From the NCBI GenBank assembly GCA_965223505.1, contig CBDCWP010000021.1, forward strand, positions 431,237 through 495,236: a stretch of 64,000 nt of DNA, read 5' to 3'. This DNA comes from Planctomycetota bacterium (GTDB lineage: Bacteria > Planctomycetota > PLA2 > JAEUHO01). Shown piece after piece: positions 50,982-60,606 of the stretch. The translations under genes were made by a program, and so were the position numbers. The notes under the pieces were generated by a model. That model was not told the DNA's origin and ran no database searches. It was given only the letters and a program-made list of their open reading frames with translations. Position 1 is the first letter of the stretch. The number at the start of each line of letters is the position of its first letter.

Positions 50982-51854
50982 TCACCGAGGCGCGCCGAGG
51001 TCGACCTGCGTGCGCATCGCGGGCTTCAACGTGAGCCGCAACGTTCGCCGCGGAAAGGTGAAGTCGCCGCCCCGTCCGACCCAAATGCTGGCGTGACCGC
51101 CGAGGAGCCGGGTGATCTCGTACCGGCCGGCGGCGTCCGCCTTCGTCTCGACGAGCGTCGTGGACACGCCGCGCTCGCCCTTGATCTCGACCCGAACCGA
51201 CTCGTGGCCGAGCGGTTGTCCGTCGTGATACACGGTCCCGTGCACCGTGGCCGTCCCGAGCACGATCACGGCGCGCTTCGACTCCGTCAGCGGGTTCAAC
51301 CAGTCCATCGCCATGCGCGCGGGGCCGCCGGGCTCGCGGACGCCGACGAAGTACCAACCCGCGTCGAGGTGCGAGAACGAGAACGTGCCCTCGCGCGTGA
51401 TCAGCGTCGCTTGCAGAGGCTCTCGCCCGGCCGGAACCGCACGGCGGCCCGTGCCGCGCCCCTTCGTCCACAGCAGGGCTTCGGCGCCCGAGTAGGGTTC
51501 CTTGCCGTCGAGAAGCAGGCCGCCGAGCGTGCCCGGCGGCGACTTTTCGAAGCCACCCCGTGCCTTGATGTCCTCCCGCAACAGCCCGTTGAATCCCACG
51601 TTGCCGCCGCCGCCGAAGTCGACCGCGATCGTGTCGTCGGGCGGCGTCTCGTCGATCTCCCTCGGTGCACGTGCGCGATCCGGTTCTCCGGCGGCGCCGC
51701 CCGACAGCTCGGGTGCTCGCTCTCCGACCGTTTCGCCGTCATCGGCGTGCCCGTCGACCTCGACTTCGCCGGGCGCCTCGACAACCTGGATGAGGCCCAG
51801 GATCAGCAGCAGCGCGGCCAAGCCGGCGATCGCGACCAGCACTCTCGGCGACAT
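50982..51854 (-). CDS. Single-pass protein paralogous to the periplasmic part of the adjacent ECF
   Basis: EKSPPGTLGGLL / GREPL / YFVGVREPGGPARMA / AVIVLGT match the neighbour. Confidence 0.8.
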   Translation of the reverse strand: MSPRVLVAIAGLAALLLILGLIQVVEAPGEVEVDGHADDGETVGERAPELSGGAAGEPDRARAPREIDETPPDDTIAVDFGGGGNVGFNGLLREDIKARGGFEKSPPGTLGGLLLDGKEPYSGAEALLWTKGRGTGRRAVPAGREPLQATLITREGTFSFSHLDAGWYFVGVREPGGPARMAMDWLNPLTESKRAVIVLGTATVHGTVYHDGQPLGHESVRVEIKGERGVSTTLVETKADAAGRYEITRLLGGHASIWVGRGGDFTFPRRTLRLTLKPAMRTQVDLGAPR

Positions 51855-51933
51855 TCCCTGAGGTTCCCGCTCTCTCTCCGTCCGGCCGCATCGACGCAGT
51901 AACTAGGTGGTATAAGGACGCCGCGACCGCCGC

Positions 51934-52023
51934 GGAGAGATGGCAGAGTGGTCGAATGCGCTGGCTTGCTAAGCCAGTGTACCCGTCAGGGTACCCCGGG
52001 TTCGAATCCCGGTCTCTCCGCCA
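51934..52023 (+). tRNA. tRNA-Ser(GCT)
   Basis: GGAGAGA...TCTCTCC-G-CCA; anticodon arm CTGGC-TTGCTAA-GCCAG; long variable arm; TTCGAATC. Confidence 0.96.
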
Positions 52024-52045
52024 TCTCCCTCACTGGGACACGAAG

Positions 52046-53449
52046 TTGACCTCGAGAAGACCATCGAATCGCGATGGGAAGCCGGACGGCGGTAGGCGTC
52101 GCAAGGGTTCTCAATCGAAGAAGAAGAAAAGCCGCCGTTCACGCGGACGCGGCGGGGGGAGCGACCGCGCCAAGCCCAAGCGCGTCGAGACCCCGCCCGA
52201 CGATCTGCCGGCGACCGCGTTCGAGAAATTCGATCTCGCGCCCGCCGTCGAGAAGGCGATCGCGTTCGCCGGCTACACCGAGCCCACCGAGATCCAGGAC
52301 AAGCTCATTCCCCTGGCGCTCAACGAGAAGAACGTCGTCGGCCGCTCGCGTACGGGCACAGGCAAGACCTGCGCGTTCTTGACGCCCTTGATCGCGCTGC
52401 TGGACGAAGCAGAGGACGAGGACTTCATCAGGGAGGGGCAGCCGCGCGGACCCGTCCGCATCCTGGTCGTCGTCCCGACGCGCGAGCTCGCGAAGCAGGT
52501 CGCCGGCGAGTCCGAGAAGCTCACCCGCTACCTACCGGTGCGTACGTCGTGTGTGTACGGCGGCACGCGGATCCAGAAGCAGATCGAAGAGCTCAAGACC
52601 GCGGCCATCGTCGTCGGGACCCCCGGCCGTCTGCTCGATCACATCGGGCGACGCACGATGGACCTGAGCAAGGTCGACGCGGTCGTGCTGGACGAGGTCG
52701 ATCGGATGTACGACCTCGGTTTCCGCGACGACGTGGACCGCCTGCTGCGCGCGTCCTCCAACCGCTCGCAGACGCTGCTCATGTCCGCGACGATCAACGA
52801 AGACGTCGAGCGGCTCATCGCGAAGCACATCGGCGACCACGAACGCGTTCTCATCGAGAGCACGACGATGACGGTCGACGAGGTCGATCAGCTCTTCTAC
52901 ATCGTCGAAGGCCGGCGCAAGCAGGACCTGCTCGTCGCACTCGTCGAGGAGATCAAGCCGCCGAGCGGCATCGTGTTCGTGCGCACACGCTTTAGCGTCG
53001 ACCGCCTCGCGCACAAGCTGCGCCAGCTCGGGTTCCCGGCGAACGAGATCCACAGCGGTCTCCCGCAGGGCCGTCGCGAAGCCATCTTGCGCGACTTCCG
53101 CGAGGAGAAGTTCCCGCTGCTCATCGCGACCGACGTCGCGGCGCGGGGCCTCGACATCCCCAGCGTCACGCACGTCTTCAACTACGACATCCCCGACGTC
53201 GCCGAGGACTACGTGCATCGCGTCGGCCGCACCGCCCGAATGGGGCAGCGCGGCAAGGCCATCACGTTCGTGACGCCCGACGACGGTACGGCACTGACCG
53301 AGATCGAGAAGCTCATCAACAAGGAGATCCGGCAGGAGGTCTACCCGGGCTTCGAGATCCAGAAGCCCGAGGAGAAGGCCAAGAAGGCGAAGCCCCCGCG
53401 CCCGCCCGGCCTGCCGCCCTGGGCCAACGTCAAACGCCGCCGCCGGTGA
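52046..53449 (+). CDS. DEAD/DEAH-box RNA helicase
   Basis: TGTGKT, PTRELA, TPGR, DEVD, SAT, ARGLD, HRVGRTAR; TTG start inferred. Confidence 0.93.
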   Translation: MTSRRPSNRDGKPDGGRRRKGSQSKKKKSRRSRGRGGGSDRAKPKRVETPPDDLPATAFEKFDLAPAVEKAIAFAGYTEPTEIQDKLIPLALNEKNVVGRSRTGTGKTCAFLTPLIALLDEAEDEDFIREGQPRGPVRILVVVPTRELAKQVAGESEKLTRYLPVRTSCVYGGTRIQKQIEELKTAAIVVGTPGRLLDHIGRRTMDLSKVDAVVLDEVDRMYDLGFRDDVDRLLRASSNRSQTLLMSATINEDVERLIAKHIGDHERVLIESTTMTVDEVDQLFYIVEGRRKQDLLVALVEEIKPPSGIVFVRTRFSVDRLAHKLRQLGFPANEIHSGLPQGRREAILRDFREEKFPLLIATDVAARGLDIPSVTHVFNYDIPDVAEDYVHRVGRTARMGQRGKAITFVTPDDGTALTEIEKLINKEIRQEVYPGFEIQKPEEKAKKAKPPRPPGLPPWANVKRRRR

Positions 53450-53464
53450 CGGCGCGCTGGACTG

Positions 53465-53919
53465 GGCGCGGAGCATCTGCTTCGTCGTCCTCGCGTGGCG
53501 TCCAACTACGGCCTCGCTCTCAGGCCCTGCACCGGCTCGGCCCTTCGTGCCTGCGGCACCGCGAGACATGGCCCTCCTCATCAGCACTCCGCATCCCATC
53601 CAGCGCGCCGTCAGCGCAACCGGCATCGCATGCGCCCGGCAGCGCGATACGGGCGCCGAGAAGAACCGGCATGAGATGCGCCCGGCAGCGCGATACGCGC
53701 GCCGGTGTGAGCGCCACCCGGCGCGGAGCATCTGCTTCGTCGTCCTCGCGTGGCGTCCAACTACGGCCTCGCTCTCAGGCCCTGCACCGGCTCGGCCCTT
53801 CGCGCCTGCGGCACCGCGAGGCATGGTCCTCCTCATCAGCACTCCGCATCCCATCCAGCGCGCCGTCAGGGCAACCAGCACCGGATGCGCCCGGCAGCGC
53901 GATACGCGCGCCGAGAAGA
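53465..53919. repeat. Two ~200-bp near-identical direct repeats (period 255) with a partial third copy between them
   Basis: Copies start at 53465 and 53720 (GGCGCGGAGCATCTGCTTCGTCGTCC...); ATGCGCCCGGCAGCGCGATACG occurs three times. Confidence 0.92.
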
Positions 53920-54162
53920 GGCCGTGAGTAGGGGGACACCCTCCCCCCACGCGCCGTCCTCGGGTGGCATCGGGCGCGCCGCCCATCCAGGCCGTCCGCG
54001 CGAACCGGATTGCAACGAATGCGGCGCGATCGCTCGTGTGTCACCGTTGTGTCTTGGGTTCGGGGTTCGTTTCGCCGGATAGACGATGCACTCGTTGCCG
54101 CCGACACGCCGCCCGCCTAGCATTGGACCGCTAGAGGGAGTCTGTCGGGGAGGGCAGGACCC

Positions 54163-56472
54163 ATGGGCTGGATCTCAACGTCGGGCCGAACTGCGCTCGC
54201 ACTGTTCTGCGCGCTCGCTCTCGGGCTTGCGTCCAGCGCCTACGCCGACGACGAACCGCCCGTCGGCGATCCCCCCGCCGGTGATCCGCCCGGAGACACG
54301 ACACCCGACGGGAACGCGTCCAACGGCGACACGCCCGTGCTCGACCTCGGGCCCGCGCCGGACGTGCGCAAGCGTCCGCCGCCCCCGCCGCCGCCCGGTA
54401 GCGCGATGCCGAACTGGGACCTCGACCACCTCAACCCCGACGTCGGCTTGCCTCCGCCGATCCCGCCGCCGGATCCGTTCGTCTTGCGCGACATCCAGTT
54501 CCGGCACGACAACCGAACCGCCTCGGCGGACGGTCGCATCACGCCCCTTCGGCGCCTGCCCCAGTGGATCGACGTCATCGAGCGTCGCGACATCGAAGAG
54601 TGGCGGCCGCTCGACCTCGGGCATCTCGCGCGCCGCTATCCGAACGTCCTCATCGGGGACTCGGGCAATCCGTTCCTGCAGATTCCGAACATCCGCGGCA
54701 TGGGCGGCGACCGCGTCAAGATCCTCACCGACGGCGTCTGGCCCGGTACCCAGGCGTTGGGCTCGCAAGGTGGAACGCTCTCGCTGTGGGATCCGGAGTC
54801 GACGGAGCGCGTCGAGATCTATCACGGCCCGGGCGTGTATCTGAAGGCGATCGACTCGCCCGGCGGCTTGATCAACGTCGTCCCGCGCCGGCCGCGTCAG
54901 CACGGCGCCTTCTCGATCGACGCGTCGGCCAACACCTCGTACAACTCCGCGACCGACGGCACCCGCAGCCGCATCGAGTTCGACATCGGCCAGGAGCGCG
55001 TCGCCGCGCTCGTGGGCATCACCGGCACCTGGCACCAGAACCGCCACACCGATCGCGGTCCGTTCGAGACCAGCTACGACCAGTTCGCCGCCGACGTCGC
55101 GATGGACTATTTCCTTTCGCCGACCAGCCGCATCGGCATCACGGCGCAATACGTCGACGCGAGCAGCATCAGCAGCCCGCTGCAAACCGACACCGTGAAC
55201 CAGCCGGGATACTCTCGGTTCTTCCTCGCCGTCTCCCTGACGTCCTTCAACGTCGGCTCCGTGTTTCACGGCCACCGTGCCTCGGTCAGCATCGACACGT
55301 TCCTCGAGGACGACGACAAGGCGACCCTGGCGGGTACGTCCGGAATCGGCAGCGAAGACGACATCGAGCGCTACGACTTCCATCTGGAAGGCAACCTCTA
55401 CCTGCACGAGTGCCACAACACGTGGGCCGAGCTTTCCATCGGTTACGCGCACCTGGACCGAACCGAGACGCTCCTCTGCGTCACCGGCCCCGGCGTGCCG
55501 GCCACGGCGGCGTCCGAGCACACGCACGTCGTCATCAACCCGTCCCCGACGACGCGCAACGCGGACCTGAGCAACTGCATCCCCGTCGTCCGGCAGTACG
55601 AGGCGGAAGAGCTCCTCGTCTCCGGATTGATCGAAGACCACATGCACGGCGCCGGCTACGACCTCTACGGCGGCCTGCGTTTCGACTACTCGTACGTCGA
55701 CGACAACCGCGTCGGCAAGAGCGAGAGCACGTTCCTCGTCGGCGGCGCGGTCGGCATCGCGGCTCACCTGTCGCAGCGTCACACCGCTTACGCCAACGCG
55801 TCCCTCGGATGGCGCCGGCCCAACCTCTACGAGCGGCACGCGATCGAGGTGATCAACGGCCGCACAATCTTCGGCGACGAGGATCTCGATCCGGAGATGC
55901 ACGGCAACCTCGAGGTCGGTGTCAAGTCCTCGTTCCGCAACCGCGTCTCGGCGCAGGGCGCCGCGTTCGTGCACTACACCGACGAGTTCATCGCGCCGAA
56001 GTCGCTCGCCGGCGGCCAGGAACAGATCCTCTCCAACCGTGGCGAGGTGCTCCAATACGGTTGCGAGCTCACCGGCGCCTGGCGCCCGCTCACGACGATC
56101 GAGGGTCTCGAGCTCTACGCGTCCGCCGGCACGACGCGCTCCACGAACACCAGCGTGATTCCCAACGTGCCGATCACGTATCGCGGCGGCACGCGCTACT
56201 CGGTTCCGGCGCCCCGCGGCTATGTGGTTCGCCGCTGGCACGCGGACCTCGCGATCCACGGCGCGACCACGGCACGTCGCGGCAACATCGGCAGCGGTCC
56301 CTACACGACGGCCGACTTCGTCGTCGGCGGCATGTTCGACCTCGGGCGCAACAACGTGGGTCGGATCAACCTCGGCGTCCTCAACATCTTCAATCAGGAC
56401 TACCGTGCCCCGGGCTCACTGCTCATCGTCCCCGGCCTGAGCGTCTTCGGCAGCATCGGTATCGATCTCTAG
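54163..56472 (+). CDS. TonB-dependent receptor-like outer-membrane protein with Pro-rich N-terminus
   Basis: Signal peptide; plug-like NIRGMGGDRVKILTDG, ERVEIYHGP, GGLINVV; LDPE, NIFNQDY. Confidence 0.8.
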   Translation: MGWISTSGRTALALFCALALGLASSAYADDEPPVGDPPAGDPPGDTTPDGNASNGDTPVLDLGPAPDVRKRPPPPPPPGSAMPNWDLDHLNPDVGLPPPIPPPDPFVLRDIQFRHDNRTASADGRITPLRRLPQWIDVIERRDIEEWRPLDLGHLARRYPNVLIGDSGNPFLQIPNIRGMGGDRVKILTDGVWPGTQALGSQGGTLSLWDPESTERVEIYHGPGVYLKAIDSPGGLINVVPRRPRQHGAFSIDASANTSYNSATDGTRSRIEFDIGQERVAALVGITGTWHQNRHTDRGPFETSYDQFAADVAMDYFLSPTSRIGITAQYVDASSISSPLQTDTVNQPGYSRFFLAVSLTSFNVGSVFHGHRASVSIDTFLEDDDKATLAGTSGIGSEDDIERYDFHLEGNLYLHECHNTWAELSIGYAHLDRTETLLCVTGPGVPATAASEHTHVVINPSPTTRNADLSNCIPVVRQYEAEELLVSGLIEDHMHGAGYDLYGGLRFDYSYVDDNRVGKSESTFLVGGAVGIAAHLSQRHTAYANASLGWRRPNLYERHAIEVINGRTIFGDEDLDPEMHGNLEVGVKSSFRNRVSAQGAAFVHYTDEFIAPKSLAGGQEQILSNRGEVLQYGCELTGAWRPLTTIEGLELYASAGTTRSTNTSVIPNVPITYRGGTRYSVPAPRGYVVRRWHADLAIHGATTARRGNIGSGPYTTADFVVGGMFDLGRNNVGRINLGVLNIFNQDYRAPGSLLIVPGLSVFGSIGIDL

Positions 56473-56570
56473 CCCGCGTGTTGCCCGGTCGGGCTTTTGC
56501 CGACGATTTGCATCCGGTGCGTCCCGGTGCGCCGTTCCCTAGACTCGACATGCACATCGGGAGCGTCGGG

Positions 56571-57331
56571 ATGATTCGTTGGGTCGTGGTCGCAGTCGTC
56601 TTGTCCGTCACCGGCGTCGAGAGCTTCGCGGAGGAAGCGGCGCCGCCGCGAACGGTCGCGGACCTGCTCGCCGCGCTACGAAGCCCGAAGTACCAGGATC
56701 GCCGCAAGGCCGTCCTCGCGACGGAGGACCGCAAGGAAGCCGCGCTGCGCGACCGCGTGATCGCGATGGCGCGCGATGACGAGCACCCCAACATCCGCGG
56801 CTACTGTGCGCGGGTGCTCGCTTCGTTTCGCGACGATCCGCGCGTCTTCGACGTGCTCGCGAAGATGGTCGTCGCGGACGCCGGTACGCCGCGTCAGGAG
56901 GCGTTCGTCGCGCTCGGGCGACTCGGCGATCCCCGCGCGTTCGACCTGTTGCTGGACGGGCTCGACGGCGAGCGCATCGAGTCGGCGTACGCTGCGAAGG
57001 GTCTGGGGCTCTTGGGCGACACGCGTGCGTTCGAGCCGATCGAGGCGCTCTACCGCAAGCATGCCGACGATCCGTATCTCGCCGACATGGGGCCCGAGGC
57101 GCTGGTGCGTCTCGACAAGGCGCGCGGGCTCGCTTTCCTGCGCAAGCGCTTTGCCACGGCGTCGTCGGGCGCGCGCTGGGGAATCGCGCGGATCCTCGGG
57201 CAGCACCCGTCCGCGGAGACGCGCACGCTGATGCTCGCCCAGCTCGGCAAGGAAGGCGACGCGGCCCTGCGCGCGACGGCGATCGACGTGCTCGCGGGGC
57301 TGGCCGATCCCGCCTCGCTCGACGGGCTGCT
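56571..57331 (+). CDS. Secreted HEAT-repeat protein, apparently truncated
   Basis: Signal peptide MIRWVVVAVV; ALGRLGDPRA repeats; loses protein-like character after ...SLDGLL with no proper stop. Confidence 0.7.
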
Positions 57332-57441
57332 CTGGCACGGGCGACAGCATACAGGCGTCCCGCGGTGCGATCCGTTCGTTGCCGGGCGTGCGGCGCGGTC
57401 ATACGCTCGCGGCGGCGTGGCCGACGACGTGTGGGGTCTCA

Positions 57442-58377
57442 ATGAGGATCACAGTGCTGGCCGGTGGCGTGGGCGCCGCGCGCTTCCTCGACGGCCTCTG
57501 CCGGGTCGCCGCTCCGAGCGACATAACGGTGATCTGCAACGTCGGCGACGACTTCGAGTGGCACGGACTCCACATCTCGCCGGACATCGACACGGTCATC
57601 TACACGCTCGCGGGGCTCGTGGGCGAGCAGGGATGGGGCGTACGAGACGACACGCGAGCGGCGCTCGATGCGCTCGCGGAACTCGGCGAGGAGCCATGGT
57701 TCCTCGTTGGCGACCGCGACCTCGCGACCCACATCTGGCGCAGCGAACGGCTGCGCACGGGCACCGCATTGAGCGAGGCGACCTCGGAGCTCGCGAGGCA
57801 GCGAGGCCTCGAGCTGCGGGTGCTGTCGGTGACCGACGATCCGCACCCGACCGTGGTCGTGACGCCGGACGGGCCGCTCGACTTCCAGGACTACTTCGTG
57901 CGGGGACGCGCCAGCGCCGAGGTAATCGGCGTGGAGTTTCCCGGCGCTGCCGAGGCGCAGCCGGCGCCGGGCGTCCTCGATGCGATCGCCGAGGCCGAGT
58001 TGATCGTGACGGCACCGAGCAACCCGTTCGTCTCGATCGCGCCGCTGCTCGCTGTGCCGGGTGTGCGCGAGACGATCGAGGGCGCCGCGGCGTCGCGCGT
58101 CGCCGTCAGCCCGGTCGTCGGCGGCGAGGCGGTGAAGGGGCCTGCGGCGGCCATGCTGCACTCGCTCGGGCACCAGGTCTCCGCCCTCGGCGTCGCGCGC
58201 CAGTACGCGGGGCTCGTCGACGTGTTTGTGCTCGACGAGGTGGACCGTGCGCTCGCTCCCGCCGTCGACGCGCTCGGCATGCGCGCGACCGTGACCGACA
58301 CGATGATGACGAGCATCGAGCGTCGCGAGGCGCTTGCGCGCTTCGTCGTCGAGAGCGCGACACGAACACGAGGCTAG
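57442..58377 (+). CDS. cofD: 2-phospho-L-lactate transferase (F420 biosynthesis)
   Basis: LAGGVGAARF, NVGDD, SPDIDT, GDRDLATH, PSNPFVSI, KGPA. Confidence 0.93.
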   Translation: MRITVLAGGVGAARFLDGLCRVAAPSDITVICNVGDDFEWHGLHISPDIDTVIYTLAGLVGEQGWGVRDDTRAALDALAELGEEPWFLVGDRDLATHIWRSERLRTGTALSEATSELARQRGLELRVLSVTDDPHPTVVVTPDGPLDFQDYFVRGRASAEVIGVEFPGAAEAQPAPGVLDAIAEAELIVTAPSNPFVSIAPLLAVPGVRETIEGAAASRVAVSPVVGGEAVKGPAAAMLHSLGHQVSALGVARQYAGLVDVFVLDEVDRALAPAVDALGMRATVTDTMMTSIERREALARFVVESATRTRG

Positions 58378-58378
58378 C

Positions 58379-59038
58379 GTGAACGCTTCCGGCGTCTGCG
58401 TTGTCGTGCCCGTGAAAGGGCTCGACGACGCGAAGTCGCGACTCTCCGAGGTGCTCTCGCCCGAGGAGCGGGCCGCACTCGTGGTTGCGATGCTGGAGGA
58501 CGTGCTTGCCGCCGTCCGCGAGGTGCACGCGGGGCCGGTTGCGGTGGTCACGCCCGAATCACGTCTCTCCGAGGTCGCCTCGACGTTTGGCGCGGAGCTC
58601 CTGCGCGACGCCGGCACCGGCTACAACGCCGCGATCGAGCATGCCGTAGACGTGGCCACCTCGAGCGGATGGAACGCCGTCCTCGTCGTACCTGCTGACC
58701 AGGCGAGGGTGCGCGCGGATGAGCTACGCGAGGCGCTGTCTGCGCTCGCGTCGAGCGAGGTCGTCGTGGCCCCCTCGGACGACGGTGGCACTGGGCTGCT
58801 CGGACTCCGCCCGCCGGACGCGATCGGGCCGGCGTTTGGCCCGGGCTCGGGCGCTGCGCACGCTCGGGCGGCTCGCGAGGCCGGCCGAGCGCTCGTTGAG
58901 TTGCAGCTGCGGTCGCTCGCGGTCGACGTCGATACGCTCGAGGACCTCAATGCACCGTCCGAGCCGCCGTTGGGGCCGCGGACGACCGCCTTCGTGGAGG
59001 GCAGCGACGCGCTGGGTCGCTTGCGCCGCCGGGCGTAG
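58379..59038 (+). CDS. cofC: 2-phospho-L-lactate/PEP guanylyltransferase
   Basis: VVPVK..AKSRL, MLEDV, DGGT, FGPGS, DVDTLEDL. Confidence 0.9.
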   Translation: MNASGVCVVVPVKGLDDAKSRLSEVLSPEERAALVVAMLEDVLAAVREVHAGPVAVVTPESRLSEVASTFGAELLRDAGTGYNAAIEHAVDVATSSGWNAVLVVPADQARVRADELREALSALASSEVVVAPSDDGGTGLLGLRPPDAIGPAFGPGSGAAHARAAREAGRALVELQLRSLAVDVDTLEDLNAPSEPPLGPRTTAFVEGSDALGRLRRRA

Positions 59039-59088
59039 GGTGAGCTCCGGACCTCGGGGCAGGCCGGGGACGCGCTGGTCGAGGTGGC

Positions 59089-59913
59089 ATGGACGCGATC
59101 GCCGAGGCCGGGACGTGGGTGGCGCTCGCGGCGGTGGGCTTCGCGATCGGCACCTACGCGGGTGCGATCGGGGCCGGCGGGGGGTTCCTCCTGGCGCCGG
59201 TGTTGCTGCGGCGTCACCCGGAGGCTGAGCCCGCCGAGATCACGATCGCCACGCTCGCAATCGTCTTCGTCGCGGCGGCGACCTACTCAGTGGCGGGCGC
59301 TCGCGGCGGTCTTCTGGATCGGCGGCTGGCCGTCGTGCTGAGCGCGACCGCGCTACCGGCAGTGTTGCTCGGTGCGGCGGCGACATCGGTGCTGCCGCGC
59401 GAGCTGTTCGCGCTCGGCTTCGCGCTGCTTCTGCTCATCGTGGGGGTTTACCTCGTGTGGCAACCGACGCAGGGGGTGGTCGCGCCGGTGCGAGGCGGCT
59501 GGCGGCGCGAGCTTGTCGATCGTGCCGGCGACACATTCGTCTACCGGCTACCGATGCGCCGCAGCCTCGTCGCGACAGCGGCCGCAGCGTTCGTCTCCAC
59601 GCTCGCCGGTATTGGCGGCGGCGTGATCTACACGCCGCTGGTGACGAGGGTGATGCGCGTGCCCCACGCCGTGGCGGTGCCACTGGCGCAGACGCTGCTG
59701 GCGACCGTCGCGATCGTCGGGGTCTCGTTTCATCTCGCGGCCGGGCACGCATCCGACCCGATGGCTGACGCGCCGCCGCTCGCGCTCGGGATGGTGGCTG
59801 CGACGCCGCTCGGGCGGCGGCTGTACCGCTGGTTCGGCGAGGGCCCGCTGACGAGGGCGCTCGCGGCGGGCCTGATCATCGTCGCGTTGCGGACCGCGCT
59901 GTTCGCCTTCTAA
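59089..59913 (+). CDS. Sulfite exporter TauE/SafE family protein
   Basis: GAGGGFLLAP and GIGGGVIYTP repeats; polytopic. Confidence 0.88.
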   Translation: MDAIAEAGTWVALAAVGFAIGTYAGAIGAGGGFLLAPVLLRRHPEAEPAEITIATLAIVFVAAATYSVAGARGGLLDRRLAVVLSATALPAVLLGAAATSVLPRELFALGFALLLLIVGVYLVWQPTQGVVAPVRGGWRRELVDRAGDTFVYRLPMRRSLVATAAAAFVSTLAGIGGGVIYTPLVTRVMRVPHAVAVPLAQTLLATVAIVGVSFHLAAGHASDPMADAPPLALGMVAATPLGRRLYRWFGEGPLTRALAAGLIIVALRTALFAF

Positions 59914-59935
59914 GCGCTCCCGCGAACGCTCGGCG

Positions 59936-60418
59936 CTAGTCCTTCTCGGGCGAGGGGTGGACGAGCAGCACGGGCACGCCGGGCGAGTTGCGCAGCACGT
60001 GGTCGGCGACCGAGCCGAGTAGGGCGCGCCGCCAGCCACTGCGACCGTGCGTCGCCATCACGATCAGGTCGAACTGCTCGTCCAGCGCGAGCTCGACGAT
60101 GGCCTCGCCGGGTGATCCGCCAAGGATACGCGCACCCACGTTCTGTACGCCCAGCGCTCGCAGCTCATCGGCCTGACGCGCCGTGTAGTCCTCGGCGTCC
60201 GTGCGCTGCGCCTCAACCGACTCCGTCGCCGCGGTAGCAGCGACCGGGCCGGCGAGCTCAGCCGCGCCGAGGCTCGTCTGCGCGAGCACGCGCTCGACAG
60301 TGTCGATCACGGTGACCAGCACCGCTTCGCTGTCGCCCCCGGCGACGCGCGCAACGTGCGGGAAGGCGGCTGCAGAGAGATCGGAGCCGTCCGTAGTAAC
60401 GAGGATCTTCGAGTACAT
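59936..60418 (-). CDS. Universal stress protein
   Basis: ILVTTDGS, DLIVMATHGRSG, LLGSVA. Confidence 0.92.
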   Translation of the reverse strand: MYSKILVTTDGSDLSAAAFPHVARVAGGDSEAVLVTVIDTVERVLAQTSLGAAELAGPVAATAATESVEAQRTDAEDYTARQADELRALGVQNVGARILGGSPGEAIVELALDEQFDLIVMATHGRSGWRRALLGSVADHVLRNSPGVPVLLVHPSPEKD

Positions 60419-60606
60419 CGCGACGACCACTTTCCGGCTACACGCGGTTCTGTGTTTCAGCGTCCACTCGCCAGCGCTGCTGCCGCAGGGCGAAAGGTCT
60501 GCTGCGGTCCCGGACGTTTGGACGGGACTGCGGCGCACAGTCTGACCGAGGCGGGGCCTCGATGCTAGGCTTCGGCCGCGAGATGCGGGTTTCGAGGGGG
60601 CGTGCC

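Noticed and set aside
51934..52023. Long-variable-arm tRNA as tRNA-Sec (selC)
   Set aside because: The anticodon is GCT with a 7-bp acceptor stem, so it is ordinary tRNA-Ser; no sel genes are in this window. The ORF-track start at 51956 lies inside this tRNA and is also rejected.
53465..53919. CRISPR array or repeat-encoded proteins
   Set aside because: Units are far too long, only two full copies, no cas genes; overlapping ORFs are Arg/Ala-rich noise.
54564..58382. 1272-aa ORF as a giant fusion protein
   Set aside because: Only 56571 to ~57331 is protein-like; the rest is off-frame overlap with the receptor gene and cofD.
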